DNA of 64,000 nucleotides, from NCBI GenBank assembly GCA_041740355.1, contig JBGSMD010000016.1, positions 188,936-252,935 on the forward strand, given 5' to 3'. Of the stretch, positions 32,701 through 41,878 are shown piece by piece (positions within the stretch are counted from its first letter, which is position 1; each line of letters starts with the position of its first letter). Both the position numbers and the translations under genes were made by a program. The notes below the pieces were generated by a model. It was not told the origin of the DNA. It saw nothing but the letters and a program-made list of their open reading frames with translations, and searched no databases. This DNA is from Bdellovibrionota bacterium. Its GTDB lineage: Bacteria > Bdellovibrionota_C > UBA2361 > CALJRW01.

Positions 32701-34737
32701 ATTTCTGCTGGAGAATGGCTTTCATATGATGTTAATGTGACATCTTCCGGTAACTACGTGTTCAAAGCTCGAGTAGCTACTATTGCGACTACAGGTCAAT
32801 TAATAAGTTTATATGTTGATAATGTTAGTCAAGGTCAACTAACTGTTCCTCCAACTGGGGCATGGCAAACATACACAACTATTTCTAAGAACATCGCACT
32901 GACTTCTGGAAATCATACTATAAAAATAGTATTTGATAATCCACTTGTGAACCTAAACTGGTTTGAAATAACAACTGCGACAACTACACCAACGACCTAC
33001 GCTTTAACAGCTAACAAAGCAGGAACTGGTGCTGGGACTATTACAGGTAATAATTCCCCATACACAAGCGGAGCAACTGCCACACTTACAGCAACTGCTT
33101 CTAGTGGTTCAACATTTACTTCTTGGTCAGGATGTACTTCTATTTCTGGTGCGACATGTTCAGTGTCAATGACTGCTGCAAAAACAGTGACTGCCACTTT
33201 CACACTTGTTCCAACACCAACACCTACTCCAACACCAGTTAAGTACACTTTAACTGCTAACAAAGCTGGAACAGGTGCAGGAACAATTACAGGTAATAAC
33301 TCGCCGTATACAAGTGGTGCAACTGCCACACTTACAGCAACTGCTTCTAGTGGTTCAACATTTACTTCTTGGTCGGGATGTACTTCTACTTCTGGAGCAA
33401 CATGTAATGTGTCAATGAATGCTGCTAAAACAGTTACTGCAACTTTCACTCTTAACCCTGTAACACCACCTCCTAGTGGGTCAGGAATGTTGTTAATTGT
33501 TCACCCAGATAATCCAAGATATTTTAAAAGTGCCAGTGGTAAGACTGTCTATCTGACAGGAGCAGGATCGTATGCCAACGGTACTGATGAAGTTAACTTT
33601 GATAATTATCTAGCTAGTTTTGTTGCCGCAAAAACAAACCTGATCAGATTATGGAGAGTTGAAGAATGGTATCCTGGACAAGGACAAGGGCCTTATTCAA
33701 AAGTAAATAACAAATGGGATTTAAATTCATTTAATCAAAGTTATTTTAATGAAATGCGGGAGCAAGTTATAAAAGCTCAGGGGAAAAACATCTATGTGAA
33801 TATTATGATGTTTGATGGTTGGGCATATCATCAAGAGCCAAATGATGTTTGGCCAACTAGTATCTGGAACGGGAACAATAACAATGCTTGGGCTGCAAAT
33901 TACATGGCCGTGACTGATGTTCATACACGAAACAAATCACTATATGAAGCTGTTCAAAAAAAATATGTAACAAAAGTACTAGAAACCTTAAAAGATTTAG
34001 ACAATGTTATCTATGAAATTGCTAACGAAGCTAATAAAGACTCGCAAACATTTACAACAGAAATGTTGAGCTACACAATTGCAGAGGAGAAAAGACTTGG
34101 AGGAATGCAACATCTAGTTGGAATTTCATCCTCTGGTGGAGGAGTTGCTGATTATGCAGGTATAACCAACGACTTCATGAAAAATAGCAGTGCTAGTTGG
34201 GTTAGTCTTGGACAGCGAGATGGTATGGATTTGTTAACTAATCCAGCTCTCTACACAGTAACCACCGGCAAACCGGCGTTTGCTGACACTGATCATATTA
34301 AACCTGGACTTAATTCTGTTGATTGGCCTTGGCAAGTATTTATGAGAGGCTATAACACACTCTTATTAGATGATGGTTGGACAAATTTAAGTAACTTATC
34401 AAGTTACTATACTGCATTTGGTCAAACTTTAGCTTTAGCTAATAAAATAAACTTAGCTAATTCAATTCCTAATAATACCAGAAATGATTGTTCAACCGAA
34501 TACTGTTTAATGAACACAACAGATGGACAGTATGTTGTGTACGACACAGGCTCTTCAAACGTAACTGTAAGAATTGCCAAACCAGGAATATATTCCTATA
34601 CAATCTATGATTCGCAAAATGTAAATCAATCTAAAGGAACAGGTACAATTACAACAACATCAACAAATGAAACAAAAACAATAAATAGTGTTGCTGGAAC
34701 TTCAAATGGTATGGTTGTTTTGATTACAAAAAATTAA
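29749..34737 (+). CDS. Large secreted multidomain carbohydrate-binding protein (4 Ig-like InlB-B/Flg_new-like repeats, CBM6, C-terminal GH-like domain)
   Basis: YTLTANKAGTGAG...VTATF x4; IPGKIEAENY...GEWLSY CBM6; YEIANE; frame open upstream of 29815 into a signal peptide from ATA 29749. Confidence 0.8.
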   Translation: MQIKTKVILLSFLTFILILSIGLPSGVEYVSNQQIRSLNKLTPLDQTFSVIYENKAFDCVYLKKAEFGQIKEIDGELIFKSFSKVYRAKIKKLTDTGNVVKANKLKLKKKNIEQLCQKTLTSSLPLENSIFDLIDASTEKVITSLSNGSIVDLSKINTSEFNIVVRYPETVGSFKIVLNSDTQIDNAKPYSLYGDDDQRDFYSGQLTSGDYTLTATPYSKSNAKGTPGESFTIQFIVANAIIISPSANSNSALEVNNSTNLSTSTVSTPNTETTKAATTPLITAAAVVSKTCPSITQYGITWTFLNPPVCGQFATGDWWVIGPVTITNISPKGTTSSGSMIGPDAPGSWNINHGFDSRIEDNVFVQNLNIATKLPYQMAANKSLISSISSTANTPRYQLSDQAILTTLSSIPDEGSFRPTYFGSDKTIKWNKSQINYSKLSKSIKSSLFNLSDVEGGNIRPLVMLGMKDSYKGTHLIASNNQAYYGGDVSKTNAYAALALNSDLTDAQKEKLAIGFIQKGIDIYEGVVRGNYTVPGGGYPYGYKTPLFFAAVLLNDPNIIKYANSKAIAADGKPGIFAEDRAYYYVDNIDLGARADANKYGLSGGVGCSLTNSAKTACEPGRTIVPYTSNMTGMPEWGNEGHDWFASSEWGTIYRDVTGPNFIGVALAVQLMGAESVWNNQAFFDYMNQRAWPFWSSYYQAGEKENWAIKPTTTDSNGNYINRVDDFIDKAWISTRSPIGTIPNSHKPLNPVSSAWPKGPYPSNYPTYGGPGSVTPPVSTTTYTLTANKAGTGAGNITGNNSPYTSGATATLTATASGGSTFTSWSGCTSTSGATCNVSMTAAKTVTATFTLVTTSTPVPTATPTSINYTLTANKAGTGAGTITGNNSPYTSGATATLTATASSGSTFTSWSGCTSTSGTTCSVSMTAAKTVTATFTLSPVTNTTRPTIPGKIEAENYTAFYDTTAAPGVETTTDVGGGKNVGYISAGEWLSYDVNVTSSGNYVFKARVATIATTGQLISLYVDNVSQGQLTVPPTGAWQTYTTISKNIALTSGNHTIKIVFDNPLVNLNWFEITTATTTPTTYALTANKAGTGAGTITGNNSPYTSGATATLTATASSGSTFTSWSGCTSISGATCSVSMTAAKTVTATFTLVPTPTPTPTPVKYTLTANKAGTGAGTITGNNSPYTSGATATLTATASSGSTFTSWSGCTSTSGATCNVSMNAAKTVTATFTLNPVTPPPSGSGMLLIVHPDNPRYFKSASGKTVYLTGAGSYANGTDEVNFDNYLASFVAAKTNLIRLWRVEEWYPGQGQGPYSKVNNKWDLNSFNQSYFNEMREQVIKAQGKNIYVNIMMFDGWAYHQEPNDVWPTSIWNGNNNNAWAANYMAVTDVHTRNKSLYEAVQKKYVTKVLETLKDLDNVIYEIANEANKDSQTFTTEMLSYTIAEEKRLGGMQHLVGISSSGGGVADYAGITNDFMKNSSASWVSLGQRDGMDLLTNPALYTVTTGKPAFADTDHIKPGLNSVDWPWQVFMRGYNTLLLDDGWTNLSNLSSYYTAFGQTLALANKINLANSIPNNTRNDCSTEYCLMNTTDGQYVVYDTGSSNVTVRIAKPGIYSYTIYDSQNVNQSKGTGTITTTSTNETKTINSVAGTSNGMVVLITKN
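32095..33453 (+). repeat. Four ~210-bp intragenic repeats (approx. 32095-32305, 32352-32562, 32998-33207, 33244-33453)
   Basis: Near-identical DNA and protein units. Confidence 0.9.
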
Positions 34738-34827
34738 GACAACTTTTGGCTCAGCTTTGTTATGGATTCATCCTCTCGTGCCAGGCTCACAGCCATTGAT
34801 TTAAGGCTGTAATTTATTGAAATAAGT

Positions 34828-35408
34828 ATGATAAGATATCTTATCATTCAATCAACTGGAAGATTTAAAATTTTCTTCAGAAATGGAAGTACCCGAGAAT
34901 TTTCACTCCTTAACCGTCTTGATACCTCAAACCTTAAGTATCTCGTAGTGCATTATTCTGAAAATGATTACAATGAGAACAAATACTCTTTCGATCACAA
35001 CAACAAACTTGCGATCAGTAGCCAAGTAAAGTATCAGACGACAGTTAAAAATTATTTTCAGAATATGCGTTTGCTGTACTAAAAATATTTTATAACAATC
35101 TAAGAGGCCAAGAAAAGCTTCCCGATCAAACCTCGAATAATGATAAATATTTTATCAATGCAATGACAACGGCAACTTCTGTTAACTTAGAAAATATTAA
35201 AATTATCGTAACAAGTGCCAGCCGTCAATTTTTGTTAAATCTTTCGCAAGAAATAAAAAAATAGGGTTATCCAGAGTATCTTAGTAAGATAATAATAATT
35301 CCAGCTGGAAATATGGGGCCAGGCACTACTTACCCGGTAGATGGTCATACAAATGCTCGTGGACATACTGTAATAGCAAAAAGACTACTAGAAGTTATCT
35401 CCCACTAG
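34828..35408 (+). pseudogene. Degraded SGNH/AlgX-like hydrolase
   Basis: YSEND block and C-terminal YPVDGHTNARGHTVIA separated by stops/frameshifts. Confidence 0.6.
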
Positions 35409-35801
35409 ATAAGTCCTTAATTCTTAGTTAGAGAAAGATTTATATCATTAGGAATTTGCCATTAATTATTGCTAAACTACTAGCTAGGATTGCTAATTAA
35501 TTATAAAAACAAAATTAGAAATTATTAAGGTTTAAATAAAATCCTTGATTTCACAAATAAACAATGGTACTTGATCTCTTGGTAGGTAAAATCTTTGCTA
35601 ACGCCTATCAAAAAAGAAGATCAAATTATTTCATGCTCAAAATCAACTTGTCTCGCCATAGCGCTGTTAGTGCGATGGTGAATAGGCTACCTTCAATTTA
35701 CTTATAAATTGACTCCCTTTAGGAGATTTGTACATTCAAGATTAGACTACGTGAACGCTTACAAATAATGATTATAGTCTAGAAATCTAATAGAAAAATT
35801 A

Positions 35802-37619
35802 ATGAAAATTCTTGGTATTTCTGCCTACTTTCATGATAGTGCAGCCGCCTTAGTGATTGATGGCAAGATAGTCGCAGCCGCACAGGAGGAACGCTTTACT
35901 AGAAAAAAACATGATGCTGGCTTTCCTAAGCAGGCAATCGAATATTGTCTAACAGAGGCAGGTATAACTGTTGAGAGCCTTGATTATGTAGCTTTTTATG
36001 ACAAGCCATTATTAAAATTTGAAAGGCTGCTAGAGACCTATTTAGCATTCGCCCCTCAAGGATTTAATTCTTTTATTAAAGCAATTCCCATCTGGATTAA
36101 GCAGAAGCTTTGGGTTCATGAATTAATTTCTAAGGAATTGGGATTTAAAAAAGAAATTATATTTACAGAACATCATGAAAGCCATGCGGCAAGCGCTTTT
36201 TTCCCTTCGCCATTTGCAAATGCCGCCATCCTAACAATTGATGGAGTTGGGGAATGGGCCACTACCAGCTATGGAGTTGGAATAGACAATAAGTTAAATC
36301 TTTTAAAAGAAATTCATTTTCCACATTCACTCGGCCTACTATATTCAGCATTCACTTATTACACTGGCTTTAAAGTGAATTCAGGAGAGTACAAAGTAAT
36401 GGGACTTGCTCCCTATGGAGAACCAAAATATACCCAGCAGATTTATGATCATATAATTGATCTAAAAGCAGACGGCTCCTTTCAGTTAGATATGCAATAT
36501 TTTAATTACTGTGCTGGCCTAACAATGACCAGTCAAAAGTTTCATGATTTGTTTGGTGCTGAACCCCGCCAACCAGAATCACCTCTTAGGCAAAGAGATA
36601 TGGACTTAGCAGCTTCGATTCAAGTTGTTTGTGAGGAAGTGATCTTGCGTATGGCACGGCATATTCAAATAACAACTGGCGAGAAGAACCTCTGTCTGGC
36701 AGGGGGCGTGGCATTAAATTGCGTTGCTAATGGTAAAATTCTATCAGAAAAAATCTTTGATAATATTTGGATCCAGCCAGCAAGTGGAGATGCTGGTGGA
36801 GCATTGGGTGCAGCATTGTTTACTTGGTATGATTATCTTGGTAATCCTAGATCTAACTTACCTGATACAGATTATATGGAAGGTTCGTTCTTGGGGCCTG
36901 CATATTCAGATGACGAAGTTGAGAAATATCTAAAGTCTAAAAGTATCCCCTATCAACGTTTAGAGACTGAGACTCTGATAAAAAAAGTTGTGGATGTTTT
37001 AGAAGTCGAAAAAGTAGTTGGTTGGTTTCAAGGACGAATGGAGTTTGGTCCACGGGCCTTAGGTGCCAGAAGTATAATTGGAGATGCTCGTTCTCCAAAA
37101 ATGCAGTTCATAATGAATTTAAAAATCAAGTTCAGAGAATCTTTTAGGCCGTTTGCACCAATTGTTTTAGACAGTGCTACGAAAAAGTTCTTTGAGCTAG
37201 AGGTGGAAAGTCCCTATATGTTAATCGTTGCTCCAGTACAGAGCCATCTTAGAATCGCTAATAGTACCCATGAGAATCATTTATTTGGCATTGAAAGATT
37301 AAATCTGCCTAGATCGACAGTGCCAGCAATTACACACGTAGATTATTCGGCAAGGATTCAAACAGTTGATTCAATTCGCAATAAGCGCCTTCACGATTTG
37401 TTGTCAGAATTTGAAAGAAGAACCAATCATGGTATTTTAGTAAATACATCTTTTAATGTGCGTGGTGAACCAATTGTTTGCACACCAGAAGATGCAATTC
37501 GTTGTTTTATGAGAACAGAGATGGATTTTCTAGTACTAGGAAATATTATACTTGATAAGCTTGATCAAGAAAAACTAGATCAACACTTCGAACCAAAAAA
37601 TGTATTGGAATTAGATTAA
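35802..37619 (+). CDS. Carbamoyltransferase, NodU/CmcH (SxtI-like) family
   Basis: FHDSAA, EERF, HHESHA, GEYKVMGLAPYG, GPRALG, NTSFN. Confidence 0.95.
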   Translation: MKILGISAYFHDSAAALVIDGKIVAAAQEERFTRKKHDAGFPKQAIEYCLTEAGITVESLDYVAFYDKPLLKFERLLETYLAFAPQGFNSFIKAIPIWIKQKLWVHELISKELGFKKEIIFTEHHESHAASAFFPSPFANAAILTIDGVGEWATTSYGVGIDNKLNLLKEIHFPHSLGLLYSAFTYYTGFKVNSGEYKVMGLAPYGEPKYTQQIYDHIIDLKADGSFQLDMQYFNYCAGLTMTSQKFHDLFGAEPRQPESPLRQRDMDLAASIQVVCEEVILRMARHIQITTGEKNLCLAGGVALNCVANGKILSEKIFDNIWIQPASGDAGGALGAALFTWYDYLGNPRSNLPDTDYMEGSFLGPAYSDDEVEKYLKSKSIPYQRLETETLIKKVVDVLEVEKVVGWFQGRMEFGPRALGARSIIGDARSPKMQFIMNLKIKFRESFRPFAPIVLDSATKKFFELEVESPYMLIVAPVQSHLRIANSTHENHLFGIERLNLPRSTVPAITHVDYSARIQTVDSIRNKRLHDLLSEFERRTNHGILVNTSFNVRGEPIVCTPEDAIRCFMRTEMDFLVLGNIILDKLDQEKLDQHFEPKNVLELD

Positions 37620-38053
37620 TGATGTTTGAACATAATAAAAGTAAATTTTTAGTTGAAGCGCTTCCTGATTCAGATAAAAATCTACGCACTTTTGGGATTG
37701 GTACTTCTATAATCTTATCAGTCATTTGGTTAATTGGAATTTTTATTTTTGCTAGACAGACTAGCTATTACTTACCTATATTCGCAGTATTTTTTTTACT
37801 GACAGGACTTTTTTTCCATAGTCTCATTCGCCCAGTTTATAATACTTGGATGTATGTAGCTATTAGGATTGGGCATTTTGTGACATTTCTAATTCTATTT
37901 ATCATGTTTAGTTTTGTGTTTACGCCGATTGGACTATTTCGCAGAATGCTGGGCACTGATACTCTAGGATTAAAATTTGATCGGACAAAAAATACACACT
38001 GGAAAGACAAAGAGTCAATTATAGATAGATCTAGATACCTCAAGGAGTTCTAA
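37619..38053 (+). CDS. SxtJ family membrane protein
   Basis: LRTFG, WM, FTPIG motifs; directly after carbamoyltransferase. Confidence 0.85.
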   Translation: MMFEHNKSKFLVEALPDSDKNLRTFGIGTSIILSVIWLIGIFIFARQTSYYLPIFAVFFLLTGLFFHSLIRPVYNTWMYVAIRIGHFVTFLILFIMFSFVFTPIGLFRRMLGTDTLGLKFDRTKNTHWKDKESIIDRSRYLKEF

Positions 38054-38054
38054 A

Positions 38055-38213
38055 ATGGCGACAACAAGAATGATTGGTATTCTCTGGGACTTTATGAAAG
38101 TCAGAAAAAAATATTGGTTATTGCCGATTATTCTAGTAATGATACTACTTGGAGCTCTGTTGATTTTTACTCAATCTTCAGCAATTGCACCATTTATATA
38201 TACTTTATTTTAA
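38055..38213 (+). CDS. DUF5989/SxtK-like small membrane protein (52 aa, not in ORF track)
   Basis: MATTRMIGILWDFMKVRKKYWLLP...SAIAPFIYTLF; AGGAG RBS. Confidence 0.9.
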   Translation: MATTRMIGILWDFMKVRKKYWLLPIILVMILLGALLIFTQSSAIAPFIYTLF

Positions 38214-38285
38214 AATGTTTTTAGACAGCCCTGACTGAGGGTGCTAAAGTTGCACGCCCAGCATCATTCATTTTTCCCCTTTCCC

Positions 38286-38531
38286 CTTGAGCCAAGCAAC
38301 TGACATCTCAAATAAAAAACAAAGAAAAAGACTCTAAAAACTCAGCAGTCTAAAAGCTAATCAAAGCAATTATTAATATATTCTTAAATCTAAGGTACCA
38401 CGAACGTACCCCAGTCCCAGACTAGAATTTAGATTGCATAATAGTAATTATTGTTGTTGAGTCAGAATATTAAAAGCTTTTTAACAATTTTTAGATTGAT
38501 TTTCGTTAAATAAATATTTGGTTGGCTCAAG
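38286..38531. mobile_element. MITE-like derivative of the RAYT-like element
   Basis: Inverted ends CTTGAGCCAAGCAA / TTGGTTGGCTCAAG; left part matches 58001-58050, right part matches 61499-61637. Confidence 0.65.
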
Positions 38532-38824
38532 CTGAAGAGCTGAAGCTGAAATCTTTTGATGAAGTATTTGAGAAATATGAGAATTAATTGTGTAAAAATT
38601 TAGCTTGGCTCAAGAAAAAAAGAAAAAAAGGTATCAAGAGCCTGCCGCTAGGTATAAAAATAGGATGAATATTGCTAGAGTATTTTCTATCTGTATAATT
38701 AAGATCTAAGAGAATTAGAAGAAATGAGAAAGAGCCGAGCTCTAGTTAAAAAATTCAAGCTGCAGATTATCATGCCGTAAAAAACTCCATTTCGCAAAAT
38801 GTCCGTGGGGAGTTAGACTAAATT

Positions 38825-41299
38825 TTGAAAATAAAATACATGAAGTTGCTACCAAAAGATTTATACACCTTCGGACGAAATAATTTAGATCTAATATTCG
38901 CCACTTTCTTAATGGCGATAATCTTCAATCTCTCCCCTTACCTGCACACCTTTCAAAATAATCCTGATGAAGGATTAAATTTAGCTAAGGCGATGCTTCA
39001 TGCTCGTGGGCATCAGCTCTATCAAGAGATTTGGAATGACCAACCTCCTTTTTTTACAATTCTCCTCAATTATACAATGCAAATTTTTGGTGAAAATATT
39101 GAAGTAGCTAGAAATTTGATTTATGCACTTTCGGTATTATTAATTTTCTCTGTTAGTAGGATTTTAAATATTCTCTATGGAAATCTTACCGCAGTTATTG
39201 GTGCTACGATCCTAGTTCTGTCTCCCTATTATATTTTTCTAAGTTCGTCTGTCATGATAGGCTTACCAGCAATTTCTTTACTAGCGACATCACAATTACT
39301 ATTACTCTATTGGCATCGATATAACAAACTAGCTTTCCTAATCTTAGCTGTAATAACTTTTACACTTGCCAGCTTAACCAAGCTCTTTTGTCTGATTTTA
39401 CTTCCCGTATTTTTAATTGGAATTATTTTAACTACTGCCAAAACAAACCCTGGCTCATTAGTAAAACCTCTTAAAGTGATTCTAATCTTTCTAGTAACTA
39501 CTATTATTACCGTAATCGCAATTAATTCGAGATATATTCAGACTGAAACTATTTCTCAGTTACTTGCTCCCCATTTATTGGCTAGAACAGCAGAAGTATA
39601 TTTAGAAAAAACAAACCTTGGATTTAAGGGACATTATTCAGAATATTGGATCTTCTTACTTGGTGGATTTCTAGGTGGAATAATTTCCTTGATTAAAAAA
39701 AATAGCCTAGGGACTTATCTATTTAGCTGCTTTCTAATAATTTTTATCGCAATTATCTTTCACTACCCTGTCTGGTTTCACCACTTACTACTTCTAGCTG
39801 TCCCAGCGAGCATGTTAACAGCGATCAGCATGACATACTTAAGCAAATGGATCGCAGTGAGATTGGTAAATAAAAGATATCAAGCAATGCTCAGTCTTGG
39901 ATTCACTATCACCTTAACCATTATTATCACTACATCACACAAAGGTGCTTTTACTTTTCTTAATCTCTCCCATCCACAAGGTGATGTGCTTGAAACTATC
40001 GAGAATAAAATAGTGCGATATTTAACATTACCAAAGAGTAATAATCCAAATATTTTTACTGATTTACCAATATTTGCCTTTCGTTCCAAAATCAGTCCAC
40101 TTCCAGAATTTGCTGTGATATCGGAGAAAAGACAGAATACTGGATTTTTAACTACTGACCAAATCCTAAAAGGTCTGCAAAAATCTAACGCCGATTATAT
40201 TTTACTTGGTCGCTTTGATTTTCCAGAATTAAAAGATTACCTTAAAGCTAACTATCTAAAACTACGGAACACGAAACCATATCGCCTTTATATTCGGAAA
40301 GAACCGCTTCAAAATTCTACCTGCCAAAAGTTAATCGATTGTTTAGATTTACCACCTAATTGGTATGCTTCAAAAACAGCCTTAAGATTAGCTAATCGAA
40401 TTGTTAAACATCAGAATCTAGATGGTGGTTGGCGAAAAAATATTGATTTATCTTTAAAACCCAAAAAATTTGATAGAACCCAAACACATAATATTAAATC
40501 TACAATTGATAATAATGCAACGACTCAAGAGATTCGTTTCTTAGCAAAAGTTGGACAGCTTGTTCCCAAAAAGTCCTTCCAAGATGCAATCAATCGAGGT
40601 ATCAATTTCTTAATTAATAATCAATATCCTAATGGTGGCTGGGCACAAGTTTATCCTATCAAAAAAAAGAACTATACCACGGCAATTACTTTTAATGACA
40701 ATGCAATGGTTAATGTCCTGCGACTTTTGCAAGACATCAATAAAAATCTTGAATTTCAGATTATTACCGAACCTCAGCAAATCATAATTAAGCAAGCAAT
40801 CTCGCGAGGGATTCAATTAATTCTAAAAACTCAATTAACTGTTGCTGGTAAACCGACTGCTTGGGCGATGCAGTACCATCCTGTCACTTTACAGCCAGTT
40901 CAGGGCAGAAGTTATGAACCTCCCTCAATTAGCGGAAAAGAATCAGTAGAAATTATTAGATTTTTAATGGGCCAACCGGAACAAACAGAAGACATTATTA
41001 TCGCTATTGATAATGCAGTTAATTGGTTTAAAGATGTTGCCATTCCTAACTTAGAAGTAACTCAAAACTCAGCTGGTAAATATCATATTGCCCTTAAAAA
41101 GGATTCTCCACCAATCTGGGCAAGATTTTATGATTTAAAAACAAACCGACCAATTTTCCAAGATCGAGATGGGACATTAAGCGAGGATTTTTCGCAACTA
41201 TCTAAAGAGCGTTCAGAGAATTATGAATATTTTACTTACCTGCCGGATAAATTAATTAACAAAGAATATAGCGATTGGAAGAAAGGGATTTCTGATTAG
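38825..41299 (+). CDS. GT-C glycosyltransferase fused to PL10 (PelA-type) pectate lyase
   Basis: N-terminal PDEG and DQPP with many TMs; C-terminal DGGW, TIDNNAT, NGGWAQ, ITFNDNAM, R-YE, WARFY. Confidence 0.8.
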   Translation: MKIKYMKLLPKDLYTFGRNNLDLIFATFLMAIIFNLSPYLHTFQNNPDEGLNLAKAMLHARGHQLYQEIWNDQPPFFTILLNYTMQIFGENIEVARNLIYALSVLLIFSVSRILNILYGNLTAVIGATILVLSPYYIFLSSSVMIGLPAISLLATSQLLLLYWHRYNKLAFLILAVITFTLASLTKLFCLILLPVFLIGIILTTAKTNPGSLVKPLKVILIFLVTTIITVIAINSRYIQTETISQLLAPHLLARTAEVYLEKTNLGFKGHYSEYWIFLLGGFLGGIISLIKKNSLGTYLFSCFLIIFIAIIFHYPVWFHHLLLLAVPASMLTAISMTYLSKWIAVRLVNKRYQAMLSLGFTITLTIIITTSHKGAFTFLNLSHPQGDVLETIENKIVRYLTLPKSNNPNIFTDLPIFAFRSKISPLPEFAVISEKRQNTGFLTTDQILKGLQKSNADYILLGRFDFPELKDYLKANYLKLRNTKPYRLYIRKEPLQNSTCQKLIDCLDLPPNWYASKTALRLANRIVKHQNLDGGWRKNIDLSLKPKKFDRTQTHNIKSTIDNNATTQEIRFLAKVGQLVPKKSFQDAINRGINFLINNQYPNGGWAQVYPIKKKNYTTAITFNDNAMVNVLRLLQDINKNLEFQIITEPQQIIIKQAISRGIQLILKTQLTVAGKPTAWAMQYHPVTLQPVQGRSYEPPSISGKESVEIIRFLMGQPEQTEDIIIAIDNAVNWFKDVAIPNLEVTQNSAGKYHIALKKDSPPIWARFYDLKTNRPIFQDRDGTLSEDFSQLSKERSENYEYFTYLPDKLINKEYSDWKKGISD

Positions 41300-41469
41300 T
41301 TGATAATTAGACTGGTGTAAATCTCAAAAACATAAATTAAAATTAATTTGATATGTCTAACAAAGCTTCTAAAGCATTTCTGGAATTTGAATAGATAACA
41401 AATCAAAATATTTCCAGAGAAAAAAGATATCTTCTCGCCAAGAAGTCAAAACATTAATATGATATTAAA

Positions 41470-41877
41470 ATGTTATTTCGAGCGATTGTCATCTCCACCT
41501 TATTACTCTTTTCAAGTCTTTCTTTATTAGCGAAAGAAAATTACCCATTATCAGACTTTCCAATGTATTCTAACCCAAGTTCAAATAGATATTTATACTG
41601 GCTAGCGACAGATCAAGGTGAAGCATTACCAATTAAGACTTTCACTAAATATTCAGCTGCCCAATTTGGCAAGATAGTTAGAACTTATATTGCGAATGAT
41701 CAAAAAATTACAATCCCTTCCGATGAAATTAATAAACGTGTAGGCCAGCAGGTCTTGTCATATTTGCGACAAAATCAAAAGCAAACGCTGCCATTAAAAA
41801 TGGCAATTATGCGAACAGATTTCTCTTATCAAGATAATAAAATAGTCGAGAAGTCATTTATTTACTATTCTGAATAG
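41470..41877 (+). CDS. Hypothetical exported protein, partner of downstream membrane protein
   Basis: YPLSDFPMYS motif after hydrophobic N-terminus. Confidence 0.65.
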   Translation: MLFRAIVISTLLLFSSLSLLAKENYPLSDFPMYSNPSSNRYLYWLATDQGEALPIKTFTKYSAAQFGKIVRTYIANDQKITIPSDEINKRVGQQVLSYLRQNQKQTLPLKMAIMRTDFSYQDNKIVEKSFIYYSE

Positions 41878-41878
41878 C

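Noticed and set aside
32094-33449. Repeated antisense ORFs (MKVAVTVF...)
   Set aside because: Shadows of the Thr/Ala-rich sense repeats.
35802-38213. Saxitoxin biosynthesis (sxtI/J/K)
   Set aside because: The trio is widespread outside toxin clusters and no other sxt genes are present.
38270-38545. Target-site duplications around the MITE-like unit and the 150-bp elements
   Set aside because: None found, so DDE-type insertion is not supported.
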